A DNA stretch of 64,000 nt from Candidatus Parcubacteria bacterium (GCA_026004495.1 BPJG01000001.1:277133-341132), one strand, 5' to 3'. Shown: positions 8,069 through 18,575, counted from the first letter of the stretch. The notes: generated from the sequence alone by a model not told the origin. A program made the numbers and translations.

Positions 8069-8222
8069 TTAATAAATTCTTAATTTTTAAAATCTCTTTA
8101 ATTTTATCATTAATTTCATTTTCTTTCTTCAGTTCACTTCTAAGATATTTTTTTATAGATCTAATATATTTTTTAATACTCTTGGGTAATCTTTTTTTGA
8201 ATTTCTTCTCTAATCTCTTCAT
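8055..8222 (-). CDS. Small basic hypothetical protein (55 aa; not in the ORF track)
   Basis: MKRLEKKFKKRLPKSIKKYIRSIKKYLRSELKKENEINDKIKEILKIKNLLIEDD. Fills the LCP-murE gap and overlaps both neighbours. Confidence 0.5.
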   Translation of the reverse strand: MKRLEKKFKKRLPKSIKKYIRSIKKYLRSELKKENEINDKIKEILKIKNLLIEDD

Positions 8223-9075
8223 AGTTGCCAATGCCTGCTTTAGGCATTAATCCACTTACATTAAAATCGAACTTAATATTAAAGTAATCGCTTGTCCATA
8301 ATTTACTATTTAAATCAATTAAAATTTCTTTAAATTCTGATTTTTTAATTTGCTTACTTATTTTAAATATTTCTGAATGGTTTAAATTAGTTTCATAATG
8401 ATTTTTGGATTGTAAAATTAAATTAAATAAGCCTAATAATTCATATTCAGAAGAATTCAATAACCTTTCTTTAAGAGAGGTTAAAATTATAAACTGATTT
8501 TTCATTCTTTCAAAGTCCCCTTGAGGATAATATCTTGATCTGACAATAAATTCAATCCAACTACTACTAAATTTCCTTTTTCCTGGCATTAGAGTATATC
8601 CAGTGACAGCATCAGTAACGGGATACTTAAGATCAACCTCTAACCCTCCTAAATAATCAATAGTCTTCTTTAGAATATAAAGATCAAAAACAAAATATTT
8701 TTTTATATTTAAACCTGTTAATTTAGAGATCTCGGAAAGAAGATAGTCTGTTTTTTTCAATGAATAAAGGGAATTTATTTTTAATAAATCATTATCAATT
8801 TTAACTATCAAATCTCGAGGAATATGAATAATATAAACTTTATTGTTTTTAAAAAGCATAGCAAAAATAGAATCGGTATTTTCTCCTCCGATATAACCTG
8901 TACCCATTTTGCCTAAAATTAAAACCGGTGGCAAGGATTTTTTTTCAAAACTAAAAAGTAGCTTACTTTCCTCTCTTATGAAGTCTAATTTTTTTGTAAT
9001 AAAAATAAAATTAAATAGAAAAATTAAAAAAAATATAAGAGCAATAAAAAATAATAAATATTCTAAACTTTTCAT
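8173..9075 (-). CDS. LCP (LytR-CpsA-Psr) family protein
   Basis: N-terminal TM segment, NTDSI, IPRD, KINSLY, RSR..GDFERMKNQ. Confidence 0.9.
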   Translation of the reverse strand: MKSLEYLLFFIALIFFLIFLFNFIFITKKLDFIREESKLLFSFEKKSLPPVLILGKMGTGYIGGENTDSIFAMLFKNNKVYIIHIPRDLIVKIDNDLLKINSLYSLKKTDYLLSEISKLTGLNIKKYFVFDLYILKKTIDYLGGLEVDLKYPVTDAVTGYTLMPGKRKFSSSWIEFIVRSRYYPQGDFERMKNQFIILTSLKERLLNSSEYELLGLFNLILQSKNHYETNLNHSEIFKISKQIKKSEFKEILIDLNSKLWTSDYFNIKFDFNVSGLMPKAGIGNYEEIREEIQKKITQEY

Positions 9076-9077
9076 TA

Positions 9078-10595
9078 TTAGTTATTTTTAAAATTAGATA
9101 TTTTAATTCCAAAAGCATCACCAACAATTTCTTCTGATAAAAATTTTAATTTATTATCTAAGCAAAAATTTAAACATTGACTAAGAAGATAACTAGAATT
9201 ATCCAAAAGAGAATTATTATTTTTAAAATAATTCTTAGCTAAAGAAACTATTTTACTAAAAGATCGGGGATATATTTCTATTTGATTATTTAAATAAGAA
9301 AGAACAAGTATTATTAAAACCTCTTTTTCGCTAAGATCTTTTAAGAATATTATTTTAAATCTGTCAATCAATTTGAATCTTATTTTTATACTTTCAAAAT
9401 TATCAGGAGTAGTGGTTAGAATTATGTTAAGATTAGAATTAATTAAAAATTCTTTTATTTCTAACAAATTGAAATTAAAATTAAATTTATGAATATCAGG
9501 AATAAACAATATTGAGTCAGGATAATTAATGGCTTCTAAAAAAACAGGTTTCAAATCGTTAATTGATTCTGTTTTTAATTCAAAAATTTTTTTATTTAAA
9601 AATTTTTCAGATACTTCATTTCGTATAATTAAATAAACTAAGTGATAAATTAATGATTTTTTACCTATGTTTTCTGGCCCAACTAAAATTAGACGAATAT
9701 TATTTTTTTGTTTTAAAATTTCTAATAATTCTTCCTCTCTATTTATTAGCCATCCAAATTTTTCTAGCTTTACTGAAATGTTTAAATTTGTAGTTAGTTT
9801 ATCTAAAAATTTATACCTTCTTAAATTTAAAAGATCATAATCTAACCAATCTATTTTAGAAATTAAATTAACAAAATTTTTAATAGGTTGACGATTAAAA
9901 AGGAGATAAGAAGCATAAATATCTAAATAATTAATTTTAAATTTAGTTAACAATAATTCTAAAAGAGGATGATTTCTTTCTAAAATGGAAATAAGTAGGC
10001 TAAAGGCTGTTATTTTGTCATTGTTAAAACATTTAGATATTTTATAACTCTTAATTAGTAGTGGTTCGAGATTTCGCCAGATGATTAAACCTTCTTTATT
10101 AAATGAATCTATTCGTTTATAATATTCAAAATCTTTTATGATTTCATTGAGCTCTTTTTTAATTTCATAGGTGTTAGTATTTAATTTAGTAAATAGCTGC
10201 GATATTTCTTTTAGCTCTATTAAATTATTAAAAATCAATAAATCTAATTGAGCAATATTTTTTGTTTCTAAAATTGAATTCAAAATAATAAGTTTTAAAT
10301 CTTCATCTAAATAATCGATTAAAAAATTCGTTTTTTCAAATAATAAATTTTTAAAAGATTTTTTTTTAAATATTAATATATCTAACAAAAAAATAAAAAA
10401 AAGCCAAAAGCTTATAACGGTTAAATATTTATTGTTAGATAAAAACAATCCTAAGCTAAAAAATAAAATTAAGTACTTTAATGAAAAATATAAAATTTTA
10501 TATATCCTAATTTGATAATTTTTAAGATTAATTAGTTTTAAAAAATTATTCATAGTATCAATAAAAAGCTTATAATAAAAGGTAGGCTTAGCCAA
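9078..10595 (-). CDS. Membrane-anchored, degenerate ClpA/ClpB-like AAA+ protein
   Basis: Two N-terminal TM segments, Clp-N-like helices, REEEL, altered Walker A GPENIGKKS, altered Walker B ILFIPDIH. Only one AAA module. Confidence 0.6.
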   Translation of the reverse strand: MAKPTFYYKLFIDTMNNFLKLINLKNYQIRIYKILYFSLKYLILFFSLGLFLSNNKYLTVISFWLFFIFLLDILIFKKKSFKNLLFEKTNFLIDYLDEDLKLIILNSILETKNIAQLDLLIFNNLIELKEISQLFTKLNTNTYEIKKELNEIIKDFEYYKRIDSFNKEGLIIWRNLEPLLIKSYKISKCFNNDKITAFSLLISILERNHPLLELLLTKFKINYLDIYASYLLFNRQPIKNFVNLISKIDWLDYDLLNLRRYKFLDKLTTNLNISVKLEKFGWLINREEELLEILKQKNNIRLILVGPENIGKKSLIYHLVYLIIRNEVSEKFLNKKIFELKTESINDLKPVFLEAINYPDSILFIPDIHKFNFNFNLLEIKEFLINSNLNIILTTTPDNFESIKIRFKLIDRFKIIFLKDLSEKEVLIILVLSYLNNQIEIYPRSFSKIVSLAKNYFKNNNSLLDNSSYLLSQCLNFCLDNKLKFLSEEIVGDAFGIKISNFKNN

Positions 10596-10831
10596 AAAAT
10601 TATTAACGATAAATAAATAATAAAATTAATGGAGATAAATAAAAATTGAAGAAAAATACTTAAAAATTTAATATTTTTAAAACCAAGTTTATAATTTAAA
10701 AAATAGGCAAATTTTAAATTATTGTTTTTAAATAGATAAGAAAGAATAATATTAGCCTCAAAAAAATAAAATTTTATAAATTTATAAATTAACTGAATTA
10801 AATCAGTAAATAATAAGTAAATCAAAGTCAT
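10550..10831 (-). CDS. Small membrane protein
   Basis: Hydrophobic 93 aa, operonic with the Clp-like gene. Confidence 0.55.
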   Translation of the reverse strand: MTLIYLLFTDLIQLIYKFIKFYFFEANIILSYLFKNNNLKFAYFLNYKLGFKNIKFLSIFLQFLFISINFIIYLSLIIFWLSLPFIISFLLIL

Positions 10832-10836
10832 TTATT

Positions 10837-12093
10837 TTAAAAAAGTGTTTTTTTGAGATTATTTGCTAAAGATTGATTATTAATAATCTTTATTTTACCA
10901 TATTCACCATCATAACCTGGTTGAATAAAAATTTCACCCTGAGAAATTTTTTCTAAGGCGTTATAAATATCAGGGTAATTAATCTTCATTTTTTCCTTAT
11001 CAAAATTTTCTAACAAAATATCAATTTCAGGACCAAAATTTTTAATAACATCTATATAAATATCTAAAATTTTTTTAGCTGTTGGCTGGGATCGATAGAT
11101 TTCAGCCAAAATTTCTGTTAAGGGAATAACTTTTTTAAAACTAGGACGATTATTATCAAAATAATATGCCGATCTGGAGGCTAATTCTTCTACCCTACTC
11201 ATTACTCCTATAGTTAATTTTTTTTTACAAACTGGACAAAGATAATTATTTTTTTTTGATTCTTCGGGCGAAAATGAAATATTGCACAATCTATGCCCAT
11301 CATAATGATATTTACCCTCTTCAGGGAAAAATTCAATTGTCATTAATATTTTATTTTTATCATCAGGATTTTTAAGAGCTTTAAATAAAAAATTGTAATT
11401 TAAATCTTCCAAATTAAAAATGGTAGCCTCACGACCAAGTCGATGAGGATATGCAGAATGAGCATCAGAAAAAGAAACTATGGCTAAATCATCAAGTTCT
11501 TCAATTCTCCAATTCATCTGAGGATCAGACGATAAACCAGTTTCAACTGCAGCAATATATTTCGTATTATCTCCAAAAGAATCATAAATAGAATCAAAGC
11601 CAGACATTGAACCATAAAGCGAAAACCAAGGTGTCCAAATATGAGCAGGAATAAAGATAACACTTTCATTTATATCTAAAGAAATTTTTAACACTTCATT
11701 GGCATCTAAACCTAAAATTGGTCGACCATCACTTTTTAAATTAGCAAAGACAGAAATCTTTTTTACAAATTTATCAACCGAATCGAAATCTGGAAAAATT
11801 ACTAAATAGTGAATTCTTCTAACTTTATCGTATTTTTTGTAAATTGAACTTAATTCACAACCTAAAAGAAAATATATGCTCTGTGGATCGTTTTTTAGTC
11901 GAAAAAAGCCATATTTTTCTTCTTTTAATTTTTTTCTCAATTCTAACAACCATAATGGGTGAGTAAAATCTCCGGTAGCAAGTAAGTTTAATCCTTTTAT
12001 TTTTGCCCAATAATTTAAAATCTCTAAGCTTAAATTTTTAGAACAACCTCGAGAATATTTAGAATGAAGATGAAGATCAGCTATAATTTGCAT
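10837..12093 (-). CDS. Endonuclease Q family (PHP domain plus Zn finger)
   Basis: ADLHLHSKYS, TGDFTHP, PAHIWTPW, ETGLSSD, SDAHS, GKYHYDGHR, CPVC, PGYDGEYG. Confidence 0.92.
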   Translation of the reverse strand: MQIIADLHLHSKYSRGCSKNLSLEILNYWAKIKGLNLLATGDFTHPLWLLELRKKLKEEKYGFFRLKNDPQSIYFLLGCELSSIYKKYDKVRRIHYLVIFPDFDSVDKFVKKISVFANLKSDGRPILGLDANEVLKISLDINESVIFIPAHIWTPWFSLYGSMSGFDSIYDSFGDNTKYIAAVETGLSSDPQMNWRIEELDDLAIVSFSDAHSAYPHRLGREATIFNLEDLNYNFLFKALKNPDDKNKILMTIEFFPEEGKYHYDGHRLCNISFSPEESKKNNYLCPVCKKKLTIGVMSRVEELASRSAYYFDNNRPSFKKVIPLTEILAEIYRSQPTAKKILDIYIDVIKNFGPEIDILLENFDKEKMKINYPDIYNALEKISQGEIFIQPGYDGEYGKIKIINNQSLANNLKKTLF

Positions 12094-12567
12094 TTAAAAA
12101 AGATGATCGGCAATTTTGCTTGCCGCATATGACTCTGGTTTAATTTTTACCTCCAAGCCATAACCCCTGATAAGATTAATAAGTTCTTTAATTACACTTT
12201 TACTTTTTCCGTTAATACCCAAATCTAAATGAACCTCGAAATTAAATTTCAGATTTTTTTTAAGCAAAAGTTTTAATATTTTTTTACTTAATTCTAAACT
12301 TAAAATGGCTTCTTGCCAAAGTCTTGAATATAAATCTATTTTTTTATTTGTTGAAATTTTTTTCCAAAAATAACGAGCTCCATATCCAACCCGATGAACA
12401 ACAATTACTGAAATAAATTCCGTTATCTTTTCTTTGTTTTCAGAATCAGTTCCAATAAATATTTTATATTTATATTCCGGTTTTTCTAAAATAAAAGTTT
12501 CTATTATCTTTAATATTTCTTGAGAAGATATATTTTGACCATTTGCGCTTCTAAAACCTTCAAGCAT
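12094..12567 (-). CDS. RNase H-like YkuK (DUF458) family protein
   Basis: IGTDS, VHRVGYGARYF, EVHLDLG.NGKS, IKPESYAASKIAD. Confidence 0.88.
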   Translation of the reverse strand: MLEGFRSANGQNISSQEILKIIETFILEKPEYKYKIFIGTDSENKEKITEFISVIVVHRVGYGARYFWKKISTNKKIDLYSRLWQEAILSLELSKKILKLLLKKNLKFNFEVHLDLGINGKSKSVIKELINLIRGYGLEVKIKPESYAASKIADHLF

Positions 12568-13531
12568 TTTTATTTTTATTTAAGATGATCATACTATAAA
12601 GTTCAATTAAAACTAATGAAAGTGGTAAAATTGTTAGAATTCCTAACACCCCTCCTATTTTAGTGCCTACCAAAATAGAGGCTAAAGTTATTAATGGTTT
12701 TATCTGAAAAATTTTTTTAGCTATAAAAGGAATAAGTAAATTATTTTCTACTTGTTGAATTAAAACAAAGCTTGCCATAACTAAAAAAACTTTATCAGGT
12801 ACAATAGAAAATGTTATTAAAATAGCCAACGAGGCTGCAATAATTGGTCCTAAAATTGGAACAATTTCCAATAAACCAGCAATAAGAGAAATTAATCCCG
12901 CATAAGGAATTTTTAAAACTGATAAAACTAAATAGGTTAAAAGTCCTATAAAAATCATTAAAAATAATTGACCGGCAAGCCATAAAGAAAATTGTTTTTT
13001 TATTTTAATATATGTATTTATATAAAAATTATATTTATCACCAAAAATAAACTTAAATAAATCAGGAAAAAAATTAGGCTGAGTAGCTACATAAAAAGAA
13101 ATTATAATAATTAGAAAAAAATTAAAAAATCCTCCTAGGATATTTATAAAATAAGAAGAAATGCCAAAAACTGTTTCGGGTGTTGTTTTTAAAAATTTAT
13201 TAAAAATAAAATTTAAATCCAAGTCTAAACCATAATCACTTAAAAAGTCTTGAATTTTAGGATAAAGATTTTTAAATTCTTTAGTAAACACAGGCAGCAA
13301 AAAATAGATTGAAATTATTAATATAAAAATAAAAATTAAATAGATTAAGATTATATTAACAAAGAATGGAATTTTTAAATATTTTCTGATTAAAATTGCC
13401 CATTCTTGGATAGCGATACCTAAAGCTGTAGAAAAAAATAAAATAAAAAATATATCTTTTATATACCAAAGAAAAAATAAAAAAGTAGGTATTAACCAAA
13501 AATAAATATTTGACAAATTTTGTTGATTCAT
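12560..13531 (-). CDS. AI-2E family transporter
   Basis: Polytopic. WLAGQL, GLLEIVPILGP, IQQVENNLLIP. Confidence 0.9.
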   Translation of the reverse strand: MNQQNLSNIYFWLIPTFLFFLWYIKDIFFILFFSTALGIAIQEWAILIRKYLKIPFFVNIILIYLIFIFILIISIYFLLPVFTKEFKNLYPKIQDFLSDYGLDLDLNFIFNKFLKTTPETVFGISSYFINILGGFFNFFLIIIISFYVATQPNFFPDLFKFIFGDKYNFYINTYIKIKKQFSLWLAGQLFLMIFIGLLTYLVLSVLKIPYAGLISLIAGLLEIVPILGPIIAASLAILITFSIVPDKVFLVMASFVLIQQVENNLLIPFIAKKIFQIKPLITLASILVGTKIGGVLGILTILPLSLVLIELYSMIILNKNKNA

Positions 13532-13555
13532 TTTATTAAATTATATCATACCAAA

Positions 13556-14587
13556 TTAAATTTTTAGATTAGGATGAACTTCTAAATTGGCCGGGAGGAT
13601 AGATTCATCTTTAAAAAAATAACCACTAAAAGCAATTTTAATTCCATTATCTGTAGCTAATGATTTTACCGGGAAAATTATTTTATTTTTACCAAAATAT
13701 TTAATAAACATTTTTCTTAAATAATAATTAGCTGCTACTCCACCTGAAATAATTAAAGATTTAGGTTTATATTTTTCATCGGCCATTTTGGTTTTAATAA
13801 GTAAAATTTCAAATGCTGTTTTTTGATAAGAAGCAGCTAAATCTGCCTTAGTAACTTCATCTAATTTTTTATATCTTTTAATCTCCTCAACTAATTCCCA
13901 AAAGGCTGTCTTTAGGCCTGAAAAACTAAAATTAAAATTTTTAGTTGCCATTAAGGGATAAGGCAAATTAAAAATAGGCCTTCCTTTTTTAGCTAATTTT
14001 TCTAATTTAGGACCGCCGGGATACTCCAGGCCCAATATTCTAGCAGATTTATCTAAACTTTCTCCAATAGCATCATCAATAGTTTCACCAATTTTTTTAA
14101 TTTTATCTAAAGATTCAAAATAAACCAACAAGGTATGTCCTCCAGAAATTAGAAGGCCAATTGCCGGCAGGGATATTGTTTTTATTTTTTGCCAAATATT
14201 TAACTTATTTTTATTAATTAAAACAGAATAAAAGTGGGCAATCAAATGATTGATTGGTATAATATTAACATTTAGTTTATTAGCTAAATCAATAACAAAT
14301 TCCTTTCCGGAAATTAAAGATGGTGGCAATCCAGGACCATTACTAAAAGCAAGAAAATCAATTTTTTCTTCTGAAAAATTAATTTCTCTAATTAATTGTT
14401 GATAAAGTATTGGTAAATTTTTTTTATGTTCTCTGGCGGCTAAAATAGGAACAATTCCGCCATAAACTGAATGAATATTATTCTGACTTCTTAATTTGTG
14501 ATTTAAAATTCTAAATCTAGAATTTTTAAATTCTATTAAGGCTAATCCAGTTTCATCGCAAGTAGTTTCAATTCCTAGTATTATCAT
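13556..14587 (-). CDS. tsaD: t6A tRNA threonylcarbamoyltransferase
   Basis: ILGIETTCDET, YGGIVP.LAAREH, GPGL, NHLIAH, SGGHT, TIDDAIGE, FSFSGLKTA, TDN. Confidence 0.96.
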   Translation of the reverse strand: MIILGIETTCDETGLALIEFKNSRFRILNHKLRSQNNIHSVYGGIVPILAAREHKKNLPILYQQLIREINFSEEKIDFLAFSNGPGLPPSLISGKEFVIDLANKLNVNIIPINHLIAHFYSVLINKNKLNIWQKIKTISLPAIGLLISGGHTLLVYFESLDKIKKIGETIDDAIGESLDKSARILGLEYPGGPKLEKLAKKGRPIFNLPYPLMATKNFNFSFSGLKTAFWELVEEIKRYKKLDEVTKADLAASYQKTAFEILLIKTKMADEKYKPKSLIISGGVAANYYLRKMFIKYFGKNKIIFPVKSLATDNGIKIAFSGYFFKDESILPANLEVHPNLKI

Positions 14588-14622
14588 AAGAAAATATAAA
14601 TTAAGTTTTTTAGTAGTTAAAA

Positions 14623-15996
14623 TTATTCGTTACACCTTCGATATCGATTCCTAATAGATGGATCATTGCAATTACAGTAACTACTATCAATTTGACCCTG
14701 ATAAGGCTCCCAGGCTCCCCAGCTTCCATCAGCACGACGACAACTTCTTTCAATGCCTCCGGTAGTTTGTCTATATAAACAATTACACTCTTCAACGCTA
14801 ACAGTTGGACACTGAGCAGAGGTTGTGGTGTTTAAGGCTAATACAGTAGCTGTAGCATAATATGTTCCTGAAGCTGTCCAAGTGACGCTTGTGGTTACTG
14901 AACCACTAATTGAATTAATTATAGCTGAAGTATTGAATCGTAAGTATTGACCGCCAGAAGTAGCAATTAATAAAGTAAAGGTAGCATTAACTAATTGTTG
15001 AGAGCTTGAAGCAGTTAAAATGTAAGTAGTACTACTATTTATTCTTAAACCAGAAGCAGGAATGGCATTACACGAAAGAGAAAGAGTGGGTGGGGTAATA
15101 TTATTGTTAATTGTTATGGAAGCAAAATTAGAAATAATAGTATTGTCTGTTTGGAATTTTTTTAAATATAATCTATAATCACCACTCAGCGCATTATTAT
15201 AGATATTTAAATTCCTAACTACGAAAATATTATTTAGTTGATAATCGCTATTTCTAATATTATTAAATAATGGTCTATCAAATCCTGTAGTAGTAGGAGA
15301 AATGGTTGCTTCTCCTTCAACTAAATTATTAGGACAATATATTTTCTTATAATAAATTTGATAAGGAATTTTTGCCGAAGGATTACTATTTGTCAAAGTC
15401 ACAGAAGTAGCTATTGGTATTAAATAATATTGATTATTATTAGGATTTAAAGCAGTACTACTTGAAACTAAATAAAAATTTATTTGACCTAAACTTTGAC
15501 CCCCTCGTGACGATGATGCCGAAATTAACCAATGTTCATATTCAGTACTAGTTGTTCTAGTTAACATACCATAAATAACACAATTCGAACCCTGAATATT
15601 TCCATTTAATGAAACGCAAGATGTACTATTTAATAATCTTGGACTTGAAGAGGGATAAATTCTCTCGAATTTCAAATTAATATTAGTTATTGCTGGTATG
15701 GTTAATTTATAAAATGATTTATCTAAGGCAGTTACATATGGAGATATGTTATATAATTTAGCAAATTCATCACCATTAATATTTGTTGTTATTCCAATCG
15801 AAGTTGAAGAACCTAGGTTTTGATAATTAGCCCTAGGATACACTTCTAAACTTATTGAATTAATACCATCATTTGGATTAATTATTTGACTTAATACTGT
15901 AGATTTATTTTCTTTAAAATAAAAAAAGGTTAAATAAACGAAAACTATTAAAAATATAAAATAAACGGTATTTACTATGATTTTATTTAATTTCAT
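14623..15996 (-). CDS. Membrane-anchored Ser/Thr/Asn-rich surface protein with PKD-like and Cys-rich C-terminus
   Basis: N-terminal TM, beta-rich body, WTASGTYYATATV (PKD-like), multiple Cys and GSWGAW near the end. Confidence 0.6.
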   Translation of the reverse strand: MKLNKIIVNTVYFIFLIVFVYLTFFYFKENKSTVLSQIINPNDGINSISLEVYPRANYQNLGSSTSIGITTNINGDEFAKLYNISPYVTALDKSFYKLTIPAITNINLKFERIYPSSSPRLLNSTSCVSLNGNIQGSNCVIYGMLTRTTSTEYEHWLISASSSRGGQSLGQINFYLVSSSTALNPNNNQYYLIPIATSVTLTNSNPSAKIPYQIYYKKIYCPNNLVEGEATISPTTTGFDRPLFNNIRNSDYQLNNIFVVRNLNIYNNALSGDYRLYLKKFQTDNTIISNFASITINNNITPPTLSLSCNAIPASGLRINSSTTYILTASSSQQLVNATFTLLIATSGGQYLRFNTSAIINSISGSVTTSVTWTASGTYYATATVLALNTTTSAQCPTVSVEECNCLYRQTTGGIERSCRRADGSWGAWEPYQGQIDSSYCNCNDPSIRNRYRRCNE

Positions 15997-16049
15997 TTTT
16001 AATTAAATTATAAATCAAATTAAAAAATTATCAATAATTAAAAATATAA

Positions 16050-17252
16050 TTACTTATTCTTAATTAATTTAGCTAAAATATTAACTAAATAATCAATATC
16101 CTTATTTTTTGTTTCTCTACCAAAAGAAAACCTTAGGCTATTTTTGCCTCTTTCGGGATATAATTTCGTCACAACCTCATTTGGCAATGGTGCTCTTGAT
16201 TTACAAGCCATACCTGAAGAAACAAAAATATTATTTTGATCTAAATAAATTAATATTTCTTCAGCAGTTTTTTGAGGAAAATAAAGATTGATTATTTTAG
16301 GCGTCGAAAGATTTAAATCGGCATTAATTTCAAAATTAATTTTATTTTGACTAATTTTATTTAAAAAATAAGTTCTTAAATTATCTAAATAATTTCTCAA
16401 ACTTATTCTATTATTAACAGCTATTTCCAACGCCTTAGCAAAACCAACTATTAGGGGAACATTCTCTGTTCCTGATCTTAAATTAAATTCCTGCTCTGAA
16501 CCAGAAATTAATTTTTCAAAAAATATATTATTTTTTTTATAAAGACAAGCAACTCCTTTGGGGCCATATATTTTATGACTAGATAATGTCATTAAATCAA
16601 CACCTAAGTCTTTAACAGAAATATTTTCTGTTAATGGCGCTTGACTAGCATCAAGATGAAACAAAATTTTCAAATCTCTATTTTTGTTAATTTCTTTTAT
16701 TATGTCAAAAATTTTTTTTACTGGTTGAATAATGCCTATTTCACTATTAACATAATGAATGGTTATTAAGCAAGTATTATTTTTAATAAACTTGAAAATT
16801 GAATCTAATTTTATTAAGCCATTTTTATCTAATGGCAAAAAATCATAATCAATTAAATTTATTTTTTTTAAATCTTTTAATGGCTCGATTATGGAAGGAT
16901 GTTCAATTTCAGTGGTAATAAAATGAGGTTTAATTCTTAATTTAAAGTAATAAAAAAAAGCTAAGCCTTTGATAACTAAATTATTACTCTCGGTAGCAGA
17001 AGAGGTGAATATAATTTCATTAAAATAATCAGCGGCAATTAAATTCTTAATTTTTTGACGCGATTCATCAATTACTTTTAGTGCTTTTTGGCCAAAACTA
17101 TGAATACTTGATGGATTAGCGAAAATCATCGAAAAATAAGGTTTCATTTCTTCAAAGACTTCGTTTAAAACAGGAGTAGTTGAGGCATAATCTAAATAAA
17201 TTATCTTTTTTCTGCTTTTATAGCTAAAATGTGCCAACCTGTTCTTAGCCAT
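16050..17252 (-). CDS. iscS: Cysteine desulfurase (IscS/NifS)
   Basis: YLDYASTTP, ANPSSIH, ATESNN, DASQA, SSHKIYGPKG, RSGTEN, SSGMACKS. Confidence 0.93.
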   Translation of the reverse strand: MAKNRLAHFSYKSRKKIIYLDYASTTPVLNEVFEEMKPYFSMIFANPSSIHSFGQKALKVIDESRQKIKNLIAADYFNEIIFTSSATESNNLVIKGLAFFYYFKLRIKPHFITTEIEHPSIIEPLKDLKKINLIDYDFLPLDKNGLIKLDSIFKFIKNNTCLITIHYVNSEIGIIQPVKKIFDIIKEINKNRDLKILFHLDASQAPLTENISVKDLGVDLMTLSSHKIYGPKGVACLYKKNNIFFEKLISGSEQEFNLRSGTENVPLIVGFAKALEIAVNNRISLRNYLDNLRTYFLNKISQNKINFEINADLNLSTPKIINLYFPQKTAEEILIYLDQNNIFVSSGMACKSRAPLPNEVVTKLYPERGKNSLRFSFGRETKNKDIDYLVNILAKLIKNK

Positions 17253-18037
17253 CTGTTTTCATTTATAACTGTTGAAATTGTTCTACAATTACTAATATCC
17301 AATGGTCTACTACTTGTTGGCATTGCCGAAAAAACAAAAATGAGATAATTTCCTTCTTCACGAATTAGGTTATTAATTTCAATTTTAGCGCTTGTTTCGG
17401 TACAAAAAACTGATTTAGCTTGAGAGGGATAACGAGCTATTTTTTTAGTTTCACCCTTAATATTGGGAAATTCAGTTAAATTACTATAGATCACATTATA
17501 AATTTCTATGCCGTTTCTTAAATAACTTGAGCCATAAATACCCCAACAATCTTGATCTACTAACATCGGTAATGGTTTATAGGTACAAAAAACATAAGCT
17601 TGCAGAGGTCTGGTATCTATATTAAAACTTAGATTACATCCAGAACTTGAAGTAGTAATTGAAATACTCGAACTATCAATTATTGTCCCAGCAACATCGC
17701 TTACTAAAGCATCATCGCCAATTAATTCACAAAAAAATGTTGCTGAGGTTGACGAAGTAGTGGTACTATTGATAATGTTGTTAGAATTATTAGAAAAAGA
17801 AATATTATCAGCTACATTTTCTTTTTCTAAAAAAGATAAAATAATAACAGGCAAAGAATAAACTGATATTAACAAAATTAAGCCTAAAATAACATAAGGT
17901 AAATTTTTTTTAACTTCATCAAATTTTTTAAAATAAAATAATAAACCAAGATAAATAAAAATTCCTATTGAACCTAAAATAATAATTACTTGAATTATCC
18001 TTAAAATATTATTCAAAATGTTAATTATTTCTTGCAT
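17201..18037 (-). CDS. VirB2/TrbC-like pilin hairpin fused to a Cys-containing extracellular domain
   Basis: N-terminal two-TM motif IYLGLLFY..KKNLPYVILGLILL followed by about 200 aa of soluble S/T/C-rich sequence. Confidence 0.55.
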   Translation of the reverse strand: MQEIINILNNILRIIQVIIILGSIGIFIYLGLLFYFKKFDEVKKNLPYVILGLILLISVYSLPVIILSFLEKENVADNISFSNNSNNIINSTTTSSTSATFFCELIGDDALVSDVAGTIIDSSSISITTSSSGCNLSFNIDTRPLQAYVFCTYKPLPMLVDQDCWGIYGSSYLRNGIEIYNVIYSNLTEFPNIKGETKKIARYPSQAKSVFCTETSAKIEINNLIREEGNYLIFVFSAMPTSSRPLDISNCRTISTVINENRWLRTGWHILAIKAEKR

Positions 18038-18040
18038 TTA

Positions 18041-18295
18041 TTAAAAATTGGGCACAAATATTTTAATTATTTCAAAAAATAATTCTCTTTTAATAAAAAT
18101 TATACCTAAAATTAAAATTCCTAAAATAATAAATAAAAGTGATATCTTTAAATCTGAGTAATTTTTATTTTGAAAATAAATTTTTATACCGAAATAAATT
18201 AAACTAAAAATCGAAATTAAAATAGCAAAAATTAAAAGATAATTTACTAAATTTACAAAAAAATTAAGAATTGGTTGCGTAAAATGAGAAAACAT
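18041..18295 (-). CDS. VirB2/TrbC-like pilin
   Basis: Two TM helices, IYFGIKIY..LKISLLFIILG. Confidence 0.55.
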   Translation of the reverse strand: MFSHFTQPILNFFVNLVNYLLIFAILISIFSLIYFGIKIYFQNKNYSDLKISLLFIILGILILGIIFIKRELFFEIIKIFVPNF

Positions 18296-18298
18296 TTA

Positions 18299-18574
18299 TT
18301 ATTGAAGAAAAGAAAAAATAATTAAAGGGATAGAAAAAGAGGCAATGATTAAAATAATTCCTAAAATAATAAAAATTAATTCATTATGCCAATTTTTACC
18401 TTGGGTAGATATATATTTAATACCAGCAACAATTAACAATCCTATACCTAAAATTAAGCCTATATTAAAAAAAATCCATAACAACCCCTCTATTTTACAT
18501 AAAAAATATTCTAGACCAGATAAATCACCGCAACCCACTTCTTTACCTATTTGAGCTAAAGCATAGAATGACAT
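18299..18574 (-). CDS. VirB2/TrbC-like pilin
   Basis: IVAGIKYIS..G...LIFIILGIILIIASF, with an N-terminal Cys pair. Confidence 0.65.
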   Translation of the reverse strand: MSFYALAQIGKEVGCGDLSGLEYFLCKIEGLLWIFFNIGLILGIGLLIVAGIKYISTQGKNWHNELIFIILGIILIIASFSIPLIIFSFLQ

Positions 18575-18575
18575 C

